DNA from: Chiloscyllium plagiosum
Taxonomy: Eukaryota
Reading direction: 5' to 3'
Assembly (NCBI RefSeq): GCF_004010195.1
Contig: NC_057751.1
Location: 19,537,358-19,557,357 of the forward strand
DNA: 20,000 bases
The position numbers were made by a program, and so were the translations under genes. This document shows positions 11,331 through 20,000 of this stretch, piece after piece. How positions within the stretch are numbered: the stretch's first letter is position 1; every line of letters begins with the position of its first letter. A model generated the notes under the pieces. It was not told the origin of the DNA. It saw nothing but the letters and a program-made list of their open reading frames with translations, and made no database searches.

Positions 11331-11501
11331 TGTCGTGATTAGAACCAGGTGGACCTGGTTAACCATGAGGTTCTTGATTGGGGTTAGAATCTCCTCAGTT
11401 GAGGACTGACTCTGAGTTGGCTGGCCACAGCTCGTGTACTGTGCTCTAGTAAAGAAAGGGTGACTTGGTGACAGGACACCGACCTTAGTACAGTTATTTC
11501 A
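11331..11501 (+). mobile_element. Probable short solo LTR
   Basis: Begins TG and ends TTATTTCA; flanked by GCATC (11326-11330) and GTATC (11502-11506), a 5-bp TSD with one mismatch; degenerate polyA-like motif about 50 nt from the 3' end. Confidence 0.5.
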
Positions 11502-12340
11502 GTATCACCCATACAATGCTCTGCGCCATGAATTCTGCTCTCTTAAATATTAATTAATTATCCTTCAACACAGGTTCAAGTTCCCCTCAAAGTACAGTCA
11601 GTAAACATACTGCGAAGTATGAAGTGAATCATACAGACCTATATCATCTCTGTTGGGTGTTGCAATACCCTATTGCTAACTTCAGTCTTACTGAAAATCC
11701 AGAACCAACTCTTTCTCCTTCCAATCACTTTCAGCTAACCATTAGCAGAGGGAAACTCTGTACAAGTCGACAGTAATAAAGACCTGGCTTGTCAATGTGG
11801 AAGATAGTTGCATCTCAAACATCTCTGTACAAGAACAGCAATGGATAAATGTGAACTTGGAATGGAGCAGGATTCTTGCGGAATGGCCCAGATCCCATTT
11901 ACAGAAGCACCTGATCTGTCCAATCCACAGTGCAGTGGCAACACAGGCCTCATTTGCCATTTTCCAAAAGTAGAATTAGACAAAAATCAAATTGAAGTGG
12001 AGGAGTTAACTTCCAATTTGCTTGACAGTGTAGGTCCATGCATTCCCTGAGAGATCTGAGAAAATGGTGAGCATTAAATCCTGATGTGGTCATGTTCATA
12101 TCCGTTTGCTGCAGCTTTTAATTTTATGGTTTTATTACGTCCTTTGGTTTCATTATTTCACTGTCTTCAGTACCTTCTCAATGATAATAGAGGCTGAGTG
12201 GCAGTTAGTTACCTTTCAGATATTCCCCACTTTCTGCTTCTATAACAAGAAATGAAGTAAGACAATTAGATTCAGAACATATTAAGAACTGATTAACCTT
12301 TGTTATTATCGCTGTATTCAATATCATAGGATTGGGAGGG

Positions 12341-12629
12341 AGATTAGATTACTTTAGATTAGATTACTTAGTGTGGAAACAGGCCCTTCGGCCCAACAAG
12401 TCCACACCGACCCACTGAAGCGCACCCACCCAGACCCTAACACTACGGGCAATTTAGCGTGGCCAATTCACCTAACATTTTTGGACTGTGGGAGGAAACT
12501 GGAGCACCCGGACGAAACCCACGCAGACACGGGGAGAATGTGCAAACTCCACACAGGCAGTCACCTGAGGCGGGAATTGACCCCGGGTCTCTGGCGCTGT
12601 GAGGCAGCAGTGCTAACCACTGTGCCACC
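12341..12629 (-). mobile_element. Near full-length HE1 SINE with small internal deletions
   Basis: Reverse complement aligns to 5497-5816; tail unit agattagattactt is duplicated. Confidence 0.93.
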
Positions 12630-12631
12630 CA

Positions 12632-12730
12632 AAATCATACAGAACAGGAAACTTCAGCCCATCGTGCCTCTGCTAGGTTATCCAAATAGTCATAATCCCC
12701 TGATTTTCCCCATAGCCCTACAACCCTTGC
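12632..12730 (-). mobile_element. Old CR1 3'-end fragment adjoining the HE1 head
   Basis: atcatacagaacagga..ttcagcccatcgtgcctctgctag..ttttccccatagccct, a typical reverse-complemented CR1 tail. Confidence 0.45.
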
Positions 12731-12894
12731 TACCTTCATCACTGAGTGGCTCCATTTATTTTGCCCTGACCTGTAAGAAAGCCACCTAACCATAGCACAG
12801 CAGATTAGGTGCTATGGCATACCACGTCAGGGATATATTCCCAACAGGTTAGGTGCCACAGATTGGATGAAGGGAGCTGCTCTGTGACATAGAC

Positions 12895-13076
12895 AGCAAT
12901 CATTATCACTCAAACAGATGGTCATGTGACTGTTGCAGGAACTTGCTGTGTGCAAGTTGCCTGCTGTGTTTCCAATATTGAAACAGTGACTATATTACAA
13001 AAGAGATAATTGGCTACAAAGCACTTTGGTCATCCTGAGGTTATGAAAGGTGCTATGTGAATACGAGTGTTTCTTT
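12895..13076 (+). mobile_element. Deu-domain SINE 3' half
   Basis: ggaacttgctgtgtgcaagttgcctgctgtgtttcc..aacagtgacta..ttggctacaaagcactttgg..cctgaggttatgaaaggtgctatgtgaatacgagtgtttcttt. Confidence 0.75.
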
Positions 13077-13554
13077 AACATCAGTTTAGTAAATCTGATG
13101 TATTCATAAATATGATTGAAGAGAGGAACTTGTGAGGGGCATTCTTGCTTCAAGCGTTCTGGGGATTACCTTTAGATTGTTTTTGTGTTCAATTCAAGTG
13201 ATACACACAGACCAAATGTCAACCCCCGCCCCTCGCCCTCAGAGATATACTCCTGCTTTTGGAAGTGGGTGTTTGGATCAAGGTCTGATCTCACCCCCAC
13301 AGTCCTCCTACCTGAAAACACACTCACTTCTTAGCTTACTGTCACCTCCTCTCTGGATACTCCCCTTGGCTGCAGGGGGTCAGTTTGCCTTGCCAGTTGT
13401 ATGATACCACCTTAGCCAAACGAAGCCGATCTCAACTGTTAACACTTTAATCCCTTAATAGACGAGACTGGCAAAAAACTTTGTCGATCACAGATTTTCA
13501 AACTGTGAATTCAGCTAACATCAACTGTAATACATGGGTTCAAATCCCACTCAA

Positions 13555-13790
13555 CAATCACAGCAACTTATATTTATTTAGCATTTTGAACACAGTAAAG
13601 GTGCTTCACAGGAATGTTATAAAACAAAATATGAGACAGTTGCACATGTTAGGGTAAATGCATAAATGCTTGGTCAAAGAGGTACGTTTTAAAGGAGGAA
13701 GGAGAGCCAGAGAGATTGAGGGGGGAGACTTCCACAGGTTTTGGTAGTTGAAAGCATTGCTGACAATTGTGGAACAATTAAAGTGAGAGA
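13555..13790 (-). mobile_element. L2-like LINE 3' end, interrupted by the CR1 at 13789
   Basis: caacttatatttatttagcatttt..aaggtgcttcacagga..gcttggtcaaagaggtacgttttaaaggagga; terminus resembles the reverse complement of the Deu-SINE tail. The clade call is from memory. Confidence 0.5.
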
Positions 13791-15025
13791 TAGAGTTACA
13801 GAGATGTACAGCATGGAAACAGACCCTTCGGTCCAACTTGTCCATGCCGACCAGATATTCCAACCCAATCTAGTCCCCTTTGCCAACATTTGGCCCATAT
13901 CCCTCTAAACCCTTCCTATTCATATACCCATAAATGCTGTAACTGTACCAGCCTCCACCACTTCCTCTGGCAACTCATTCCATACACGCACCACCCTTTG
14001 CATGAAAAAGTTGACCCTTAGGTCCCTTTCACATCTTTCCCCTCTCACCCGAAACCTATGCCCTCTAGTTCTGGACTTCCCCACCCCAGGGAAAAGACTT
14101 TGTCTATTTACCCTATCCATGCCCCTCATGATTTTATAAACTTCTATAAGGTCACCCCTCAGCCTCTGATGCTCCAGGGAAAACAGCCCCAGTCTATTCA
14201 GCCTCTCCCTATAGCTCAAATCTTCCAACCCTGGCAACATCCTTGTAAATCTTTTCTGAACCCTTTCAAGTTTCACAGCATCTTTCCAACAGGAAGGAGA
14301 CCAGAATTGCACACAATATTCCAACAGTGGCCTAACCAATGTCCTGTACAGCTGCAATATGACCTCACAACTCCTGTACTCAATAGTCTGACCAATAAAG
14401 GAAAGCATACCAAACGCCGCCTTCACTATCCTATCTACCTGCGACTCCACTTTCAAGGAGCTATGAACCTGCACTCCAAGGTCTGTTTGCTCAGCAACAC
14501 TCCCCAGGACCTTACCATTAAGTGTATAAGTCCTGCTCTGGTTTGCTTTCCCAAAATGCAGCACCTCGCATTTATCTGAATTAAATTCCACCTGTCACTC
14601 CTCAGCCCATTGGCCCATCTGATCAAGATCTCATTGTACTCTGAGGTAACCTTCTTCGCTGTCCACTACACCTCCAATTTTGGTGTCATCTGCAAACTCA
14701 CTAACTGTACCTCTGATGTGCACGTCAAAATCATTTATATAAATGACAAAAAGCAGTGGACCCAGCACCCGATCCTTGTGGCACACCATTGGTCACAGTC
14801 TGAAAAGCAACCCTCCACCACCACCCTCTGTCTTCCACCTTTGAGTCAGTTCTGTATCCAAATGCCTAGTTCTCCCTGTATTCCATGAGATTTAACCTTG
14901 CTAATCAGTCTCCCATGATGAACCTTGTCGAATGCCTTACTGAAGTCCATATAGATCACATCTACCGCTCTGCCCTCATCAATCCTTTGTTACATCTTCA
15001 AAAAACTCAATCAAGTTATGAGACA
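13789..15025 (-). mobile_element. Relatively young 5'-truncated CR1 LINE (HER1-like)
   Basis: YMDFSKAFDKV (~14920-14953), FADD (14685-14696), and an uninterrupted 223-aa ORF 13920-14591 (MEFNSDKCEVLHFG..LVRPLLEYCVQFWSP..RVVRVWNELP). 3' tail is shared with HE1. Confidence 0.95.
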
Positions 15026-15182
15026 TGTGCAAGATGCCCCAATTAGAATAAAGACATTGCTTAACCACAGGTTAATATAGGTCATTGGGCATAGAAAGTA
15101 ATGGGTGGATGGGACTCGGAGCTGAAAAGGAGTACAGGTCGTAAAGTTTTGGAAGATCTCAGGTTGGTAGACAGTGGAAGAT

Positions 15183-15383
15183 GGGAAAAGTGAGGACTGC
15201 AGATGCTGGAAATCAGAGCTTAGAGTGGTGCTGGAAAAGCACAGCCGGTCAGGCAGCATCCGAGGAGCAGGAAAATCAACGTTTCGGGCAAAAGCCCTTC
15301 ATCAGGACTTTTGCCCGAAACGTTGATTTTCCTGCTCCTCGGATGTTGCCTGACCGACTGTGCTTTTCCAGCACCACTCTAAT
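15183..15383. mobile_element. PLE-derived fold-back element E2 with intact HHR motif on the minus strand and 16-bp TSD
   Basis: Tail 15183-15219; 79-bp arms 15220-15298 and 15304-15382 with 3 mismatches; loop TCATC. Flanked by exact GTAGACAGTGGAAGAT at 15167-15182 and 15384-15399. Confidence 0.92.
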
Positions 15384-15453
15384 GTAGACAGTGGAAGATA
15401 GGAGGCTAGCCAGGATGCATTGGAACATTTGAATCTGGAGGCAACACATCAGA

Positions 15454-15500
15454 GACTTGACTAAATACCCTCGACTTGACTAAATACCCTCAACTTGACT
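15454..15500. repeat. 19-bp tandem duplication (2.5 copies)
   Basis: GACTTGACTAAATACCCTC twice, followed by AACTTGACT. Confidence 0.9.
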
Positions 15501-15502
15501 GT

Positions 15503-15640
15503 TTTTGAAGAAAAGCAGAGAGTTATCCTCATCAATAATTATCCTTCAAGCCAACATCACCAACACAAATTGGTCAATCATGACATCACTGTTTATGGGA
15601 TCTTGCTGTGTATAAAATATTGCCTCCTTGACAACAGTTG
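15503..15640 (+). mobile_element. Deu-domain SINE fragment
   Basis: gaagaaaagcagagagttatcc..caataattatccttcaagccaacatcac..tggtcaatcatgacatcactgtttatgggatcttgctgtgtataaaa. Confidence 0.65.
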
Positions 15641-15979
15641 CTCCTTTTCCCAGTTATGTATTTTGTGATGTAATGTTGTTACGGTCGACAATGCTTCAAT
15701 CAAATGATCTCTTCATTCTAACTGAAACTGTGCAGAACACTCCTTATACTGTTTTCTTAAAATCAATGCATTCAAACTATTGGATAATTCAGACACTTCT
15801 ACAGCAAAATTGACTTTGAGTTAACAGGAGTGGACTATCTATAGATTGAAGGTTCTCTACTTCTTTCCCTCTGTCGCACATCCATTACTAACATACAGAA
15901 CACACAACAATCTAAGCCTGCTGATCCCAGTATGGATCTAGATTCCATCTTGGGGCAATTGTTTGCTGCAGAGTAATAG

Positions 15980-16053
15980 CTAGCCACTGTGTCTGAACTC
16001 CTGAACTGATGCCGACCACCAAAAGGTTCTGAATGACCCCGATTCTGATCTAC
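15980..16053 (-). CDS. Candidate last coding exon of the minus-strand gene
   Basis: Acceptor ccccactctctgcaacAG (16054-16055); in phase 1 reads (G)RSESGSFRTFWWSASVQEFRHSG*, with stop at 15980-15982. Confidence 0.35.
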
Positions 16054-16304
16054 CTGTTGCAGAGAGTGGGGCAGTTGACACTCGCCCCTAAAGCTGGCAA
16101 GGAAAGGGAAGCGTTTTGCAGACAAACTATCTGATTCCCGTAGGTAAGCTCTGAGGGATAACTAGGTAAATTTAGCCTCACCAGTCTTAGAAAAAGACAC
16201 CCGAACCAGACCCTGAGAGATGTGTCTAGGACACAGTGGGATAGCAAAACAGCAGTAGCAGCTGGCCCAGAGCATGAAGACAGAGTCAAACCTCTGAAGG
16301 ACAA

Positions 16305-16435
16305 AGTGAAGAGTGCAGATGCTGGAGATCAGAGACGACAGTGCGATACTGGAAAAGCAGTCGGTCAGGCAGCATCTGAGGAACAGGAGAATCGACTGGC
16401 TGTGCTTTTCCAGCAGCACACTCTCGACTCAAGGT
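16305..16435. mobile_element. Centre-deleted fold-back element E3
   Basis: Same tail and left arm as E2, jumping at 16396/16397 to the distal right arm; HHR absent. Degenerate TSD TCTGAAGG(A/G)CAA at 16293-16304 and 16436-16447. Confidence 0.75.
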
Positions 16436-16785
16436 TCTGAAGGGCAAGATCAGCACAAGCATGATTCAGTCTTTCTTTACACAGAGGTGACAACCTCTGG
16501 AATTAGAAGGGTTTTTGAGGCCAGGAAACCTGATCCCACTCCCATTCGCATATCGGAGTGCCAAAAATGAAAGGCTGAAGGGTCAACTCGATCACAACTG
16601 ATGTTCTGACAGAAAGGACTAGTCAATGGAATCACAGTGAGTATCATTTCTCCTCCTGACCAGTAAATACAGTGCATGTTAACTTTATTATTTATCCACT
16701 GTTTTATTTTAATAAATAATAATAACCCTCCCCTACCCACCCAAAAGGCAATGAAAATCTAGAGTAGAACAAATGTTGTACATAC

Positions 16786-16939
16786 CTTCCATTTGTCCAG
16801 AGAGACTATCCCTGAATAGGCTGCCAGTATCCTCCTCTTTGTTGCATCTGGACCCTGCTGAAGCTTTCCTTTGGTGTTTGATCAATTCAGTTTGACTCTG
16901 TATCAGCATTGCGTGCTTCAAGTCAGATTCTAGCTGGTG
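16786..16939 (-). CDS. Internal coding exon of an unidentified gene (phase 0 to 1)
   Basis: Acceptor tttttattttccaaatAG, donor AAG|GTATGT; 154 nt open: HQLESDLKHAMLIQSQTELIKHQRKASAGSRCNKEEDTGSLFRDSLSGQME. Confidence 0.6.
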
Positions 16940-16978
16940 CTATTTGGAAAATAAAAAGCTGAATAATTAAAAGTGTTA

Positions 16979-17105
16979 CTGGCATTGTACCATACCAGTG
17001 CTGGTACTGTATCACCTCAACAATGGCACTGTGCTGCCTGAGCCCTGGTACTGTACCACCTAGCCCCTGGAACTACCACCTCAACCTGGCACTGTATCAG
17101 CCCAG
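16979..17105. repeat. Degenerate ~22-bp minisatellite, about 6 copies
   Basis: Consensus approximately CTGGCACTGTACCACCTCAGCC; related units recur at about 17358-17400. Confidence 0.7.
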
Positions 17106-17429
17106 TTTGGAACAATTGTAACATCCCTACTACTGGACCAGAGATCCAGGTTCAAGTCCCACTTCAAGATTTAATGGAAGGTATGCCAACAGAATGACTA
17201 GCAATCTGTAAACCCTTCCAACACACTTACAACAGATAGTAAGAGCAGAAGTTTCAGAACCGTGTAGAAACTGCAACACTATAGCCTCCCCATGTTAAAA
17301 GACTCCACACACAAGTTTTTGTCATGAGCATTCTGATGGACTTTGAGACACACACCACCCAGTTCTGGCAATTGTACCAACCCAGGCTGGCACAGTACTC
17401 CAATACGTAAACCCAAAGACTGGACATAC

Positions 17430-17481
17430 CTCAAGTTTCATATTCTTCACAGTGGGACCATGAACTTCATCGGAGTTTAAT
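17430..17481 (-). CDS. Internal coding exon of an unidentified gene (phase 2 to 0)
   Basis: Acceptor ttattttccctccAG, donor GAG|GTATGT; 52 nt: (R)LNSDEVHGPTVKNMKLE. Confidence 0.62.
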
Positions 17482-18196
17482 CTGGAGGGAAAATAATGAT
17501 TTAAAAGATTATTTGAAGATTCCAAAGAAACTAGACTCTCATGAATGAATAACTTTGTTTTAAATTTGTCTTCCCCAATCATAGAATCAGTCAGTCTTGG
17601 AATTTTAAAAACGAAGTAATTTAGCACATTATACATGGGCTTATTGAAGGAGAGCTATTTCCTTAGTCTGCATTCAATTTTTTAAAAAACGTCTATTTCA
17701 AATATTTGTCCACATCCATTTTAATGTCATGTCTGAACGATCCTCTGTGTACAGATCTGTATTCTAAACATTCTATTAATGATAATCTTAAAATTATATT
17801 CACTAGTTACAGACTCACTAACTAGTTGAAATTGTGTTTCTTCCCCAGTTTATCATATCCCCTTCCAACGTTCAACAGCTCCCCTCTTTCCTTTGTTTGT
17901 TCCTAGCCACATACGCACACTTTCCAGCAGGGGTCAGTGTGTACTTATTAGGATCTGATTTCCAATTGAAAAGTCCGAACTCCCTCAAGAATCGACATCA
18001 ACTGACTCGGGAAATACAGAGATTACATTTAGGGTCTGCTAGACAAGATCAGAGGCTTCGTTCGCAACAATGTCATAATAACACTTAGAGGGCCACAGAA
18101 AAATTCTAGGTTGAAATAAATCAAAGGATTTGGAATCAACAAAAGCCTAGCTGCTCTGTGCACCCTGGTAAGGGTGGGGAACCTGCTCTGTCTTAC

Positions 18197-18306
18197 CGTG
18201 CTTGCCTCTGAGCCACCAGTCGAGCCAGTGAAAGAAAATCGACTCTCCCGATCAGTAAGTTGCTATCCACCCTGCAAAACGGAGCGGTCGCCTCATTGCT
18301 GGTCAA
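18197..18306 (-). CDS. Internal coding exon of an unidentified gene (phase 0 to 2)
   Basis: Acceptor ctgctgtcctctttccAG, donor CG|GTAAGA; 110 nt with only one frame open: LTSNEATAPFCRVDSNLLIGRVDFLSLARLVAQRQA(R). Confidence 0.65.
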
Positions 18307-18558
18307 CTGGAAAGAGGACAGCAGGAGTAAACAGTTTAAACATTTAAAAATATATAGGAAATCGAGTGTGCCTAACAGCCAAGTGCACAAATGAGAGCGT
18401 CGCTTAGTGTAAGCTTGAAGAATTGTGAGGAAATTACATTTTTAAGATTCGGACAACGAAATCACCATCAATGAGAAATGTGCACACTCGCAAGCAACTT
18501 GATCAATACTGGTATGTGCCACAGTGCCAACTCTTTATTTATCCTTTATTTATCTCAC

Positions 18559-18586
18559 CTGCAGTGCTAAAGAAACACGATTCATT
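18559..18586 (-). CDS. Candidate small exon ending in phase 0 (upstream boundary uncertain)
   Basis: Donor CAG|GTGAGA; reads MNRVSLALQ. The frame stays open upstream as NFSVPHPSLLKRKFLR to a weaker AG. Confidence 0.4.
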
Positions 18587-18685
18587 CTGAGAAATTTGCG
18601 TTTTAATAGTGAGGGATGGGGGACAGAGAAATTCTACTTCAATATATTTTCCATTGGGGTGTCCAGAGCCGGCTGGTGATTTCCT

Positions 18686-18816
18686 CAAATAAAAACAGCA
18701 AGTGCTGGAGAAGCTTCAGATTCGAAACGTTAACGCTGTTCGTCTCTCTCCACAGATTTCTTTTTTGTTCCGCTTGTTTCCGGTCTCCAGAGTCCGCAGG
18801 ATTTTACTTTTATTTG
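18686..18816. mobile_element. Degenerate fold-back element E4 from a related PLE-terminus-like family
   Basis: Terminal inverted CAAATAAAA/TTTTATTTG; internal CGAAACGTT (HHR 3'-half-like); tctccagagtccgcagg resembles the E1/E2 tail; direct TGGTGATTT at 18674-18682 and 18815-18823. Confidence 0.45.
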
Positions 18817-18956
18817 GTGATTTAGTCATAGAGATGACCTCGCACTCGCTTTGCACTATCGTCTAAGATGACTTGCCCTTTATTCCCCCTCATAACTTAC
18901 AAAAGGTTGAGTTAACAGAATGTCATAAAGCCCATATTTCCGTTTCTCATTCTGCC

Positions 18957-19490
18957 ATAGAATCTTGACAGTGCGGGAAGAGGCTATCAGGTCTGCACCG
19001 ACCCTCCGAAGAGCATCCCACCCAACCCCTGTCCCTGTCCCAATCCCCAGAACCCTGCACTTCCCATGGCTAATCCACCCTAACCTGCACATCCCCGGAC
19101 ACAATGGGACAATTTCCCATGGCAAACCCACCCTAACCTGCACATCCCCGGACACAATGGGACAATTTCCCATGGCAAACCCACCCTAACCTGCACATCC
19201 CTGGGCACAACGGGGACAATTTCCCATGGCCAATCCACCCTAACCTGCACATCCCTGGGCACTACGGGACAATTTAGCACGGCCAATCCACCCTAACCTA
19301 CACATCCCCGGGCACTAGGACAATTTAGCATGGCCAATCCACCCTAACCTACACATCCCCGGGCACTACGGAACAATTTAGCACGGTCAATCCCACCCTA
19401 ACCTACACATCCCCGGGCACTACGGGACAATTTAGCACAGTCAATCCACCCTAACTTGTGCATCCCTGGGCATTATGGGACAATTAAGCA
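18957..19490 (-). repeat. HE1-type SINE 3' tail followed by ~8 tandem copies of a 51-54-bp HE1 internal segment
   Basis: TAAC(C/T)T anchors at 19081, 19134, 19187, 19241, 19294, 19345, 19399, 19452. The unit matches the single-copy HE1 segment at ~3165-3208. Confidence 0.9.
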
Positions 19491-20000
19491 CCTCGTGCTC
19501 CCGCGAGGAGGTTGATCAATTCATCGACTTCACCAACACCTTCCACCCTGACCTTAAATTTACCTGGACCATCTTTGACACCTCCATCCCCTTCCTGGAC
19601 CTCTCCATCTCCATTAATGACGACTGACTTGACACTGACATGTTTTTACAAACCCACTGACTCCCACAGCTACCTGGATTACACCTCTTTCCACCCTACC
19701 TCCTGCAAAAATGCCATCCCGTATTCCCAATTCCTCCGCCTCCACCATATCAGCTCTCAGGAGGACCTGTTCCACCATAGAACACACCAGATGGCCTCCT
19801 TCTTTAGAGACCGCAATTTCCCTTCCCACGTGGTTAAAGATGCCCTCCAACGCATCTCGTCCACAACCCGCACCTCCGCCCTCAGACCTTACCCTTCCAA
19901 CCGTAACAACGACAGAACACCCCTGGTGCTCACCTTCCACCCTACCAACCTTCGCTTAAACCAAATCATCCACCGACATTTCCGCCACCTCCAAAAAGAC
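19491..20000 (+). mobile_element. Neptune-type PLE RT C-terminal/thumb fragment (continues past the window)
   Basis: FTNTFHPDLKFTWTI..IPFLDLSISI..*..(frameshift)FYKPTDSHSYLDYTSFHP..KNAIPYSQFLRL..RTPLVLTFHP. Its last ~120 nt are homologous to 1538-1660. Confidence 0.9.

Noticed and set aside
13920..14591. 223-aa ORF as a host gene or active LINE
   Set aside because: It is the CR1 ORF2 C-terminus of a 5'-truncated copy lacking the endonuclease.
15897..16053. Phase-0 reading VDQNRGHSEPFGG.. of this exon
   Set aside because: The preceding exon 16786-16939 ends in phase 1, so this reading applies only if that exon is skipped; its donor is also weak.
19061..19490. CRISPR-like array
   Set aside because: Contiguous tandem units with no unique spacers, derived from HE1, no cas genes, eukaryotic context.

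Overview
Repeat-rich eukaryotic DNA, very probably from a shark or other elasmobranch (inferred from HE1 SINEs, HER1/CR1 LINEs and Deu-domain SINEs). Most ORFs in the track are transposon remnants or noise. The window holds many CR1 fragments, five HE1 copies plus an HE1-derived 53-bp array, a Rex1/Babar RT fragment with an in-place micro-inversion, a probable solo LTR, and two Neptune-type Penelope-like element (PLE) remnants, one ending in a hammerhead ribozyme (HHR) motif. Most notable is a family of ~200-bp non-coding fold-back elements built from the PLE terminus. Two copies (7979-8175, 15183-15383) have ~80-bp inverted arms whose apex is the HHR core (CCT-GATGA-AGG), exact 16-bp target-site duplications, and opposite loop orientation relative to their single tail. 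A centre-deleted copy and a related family also occur. At least 3-5 phase-compatible exons of an unidentified minus-strand gene lie at about 16-18.6 kb. All calls were made by eye; no searches were run.
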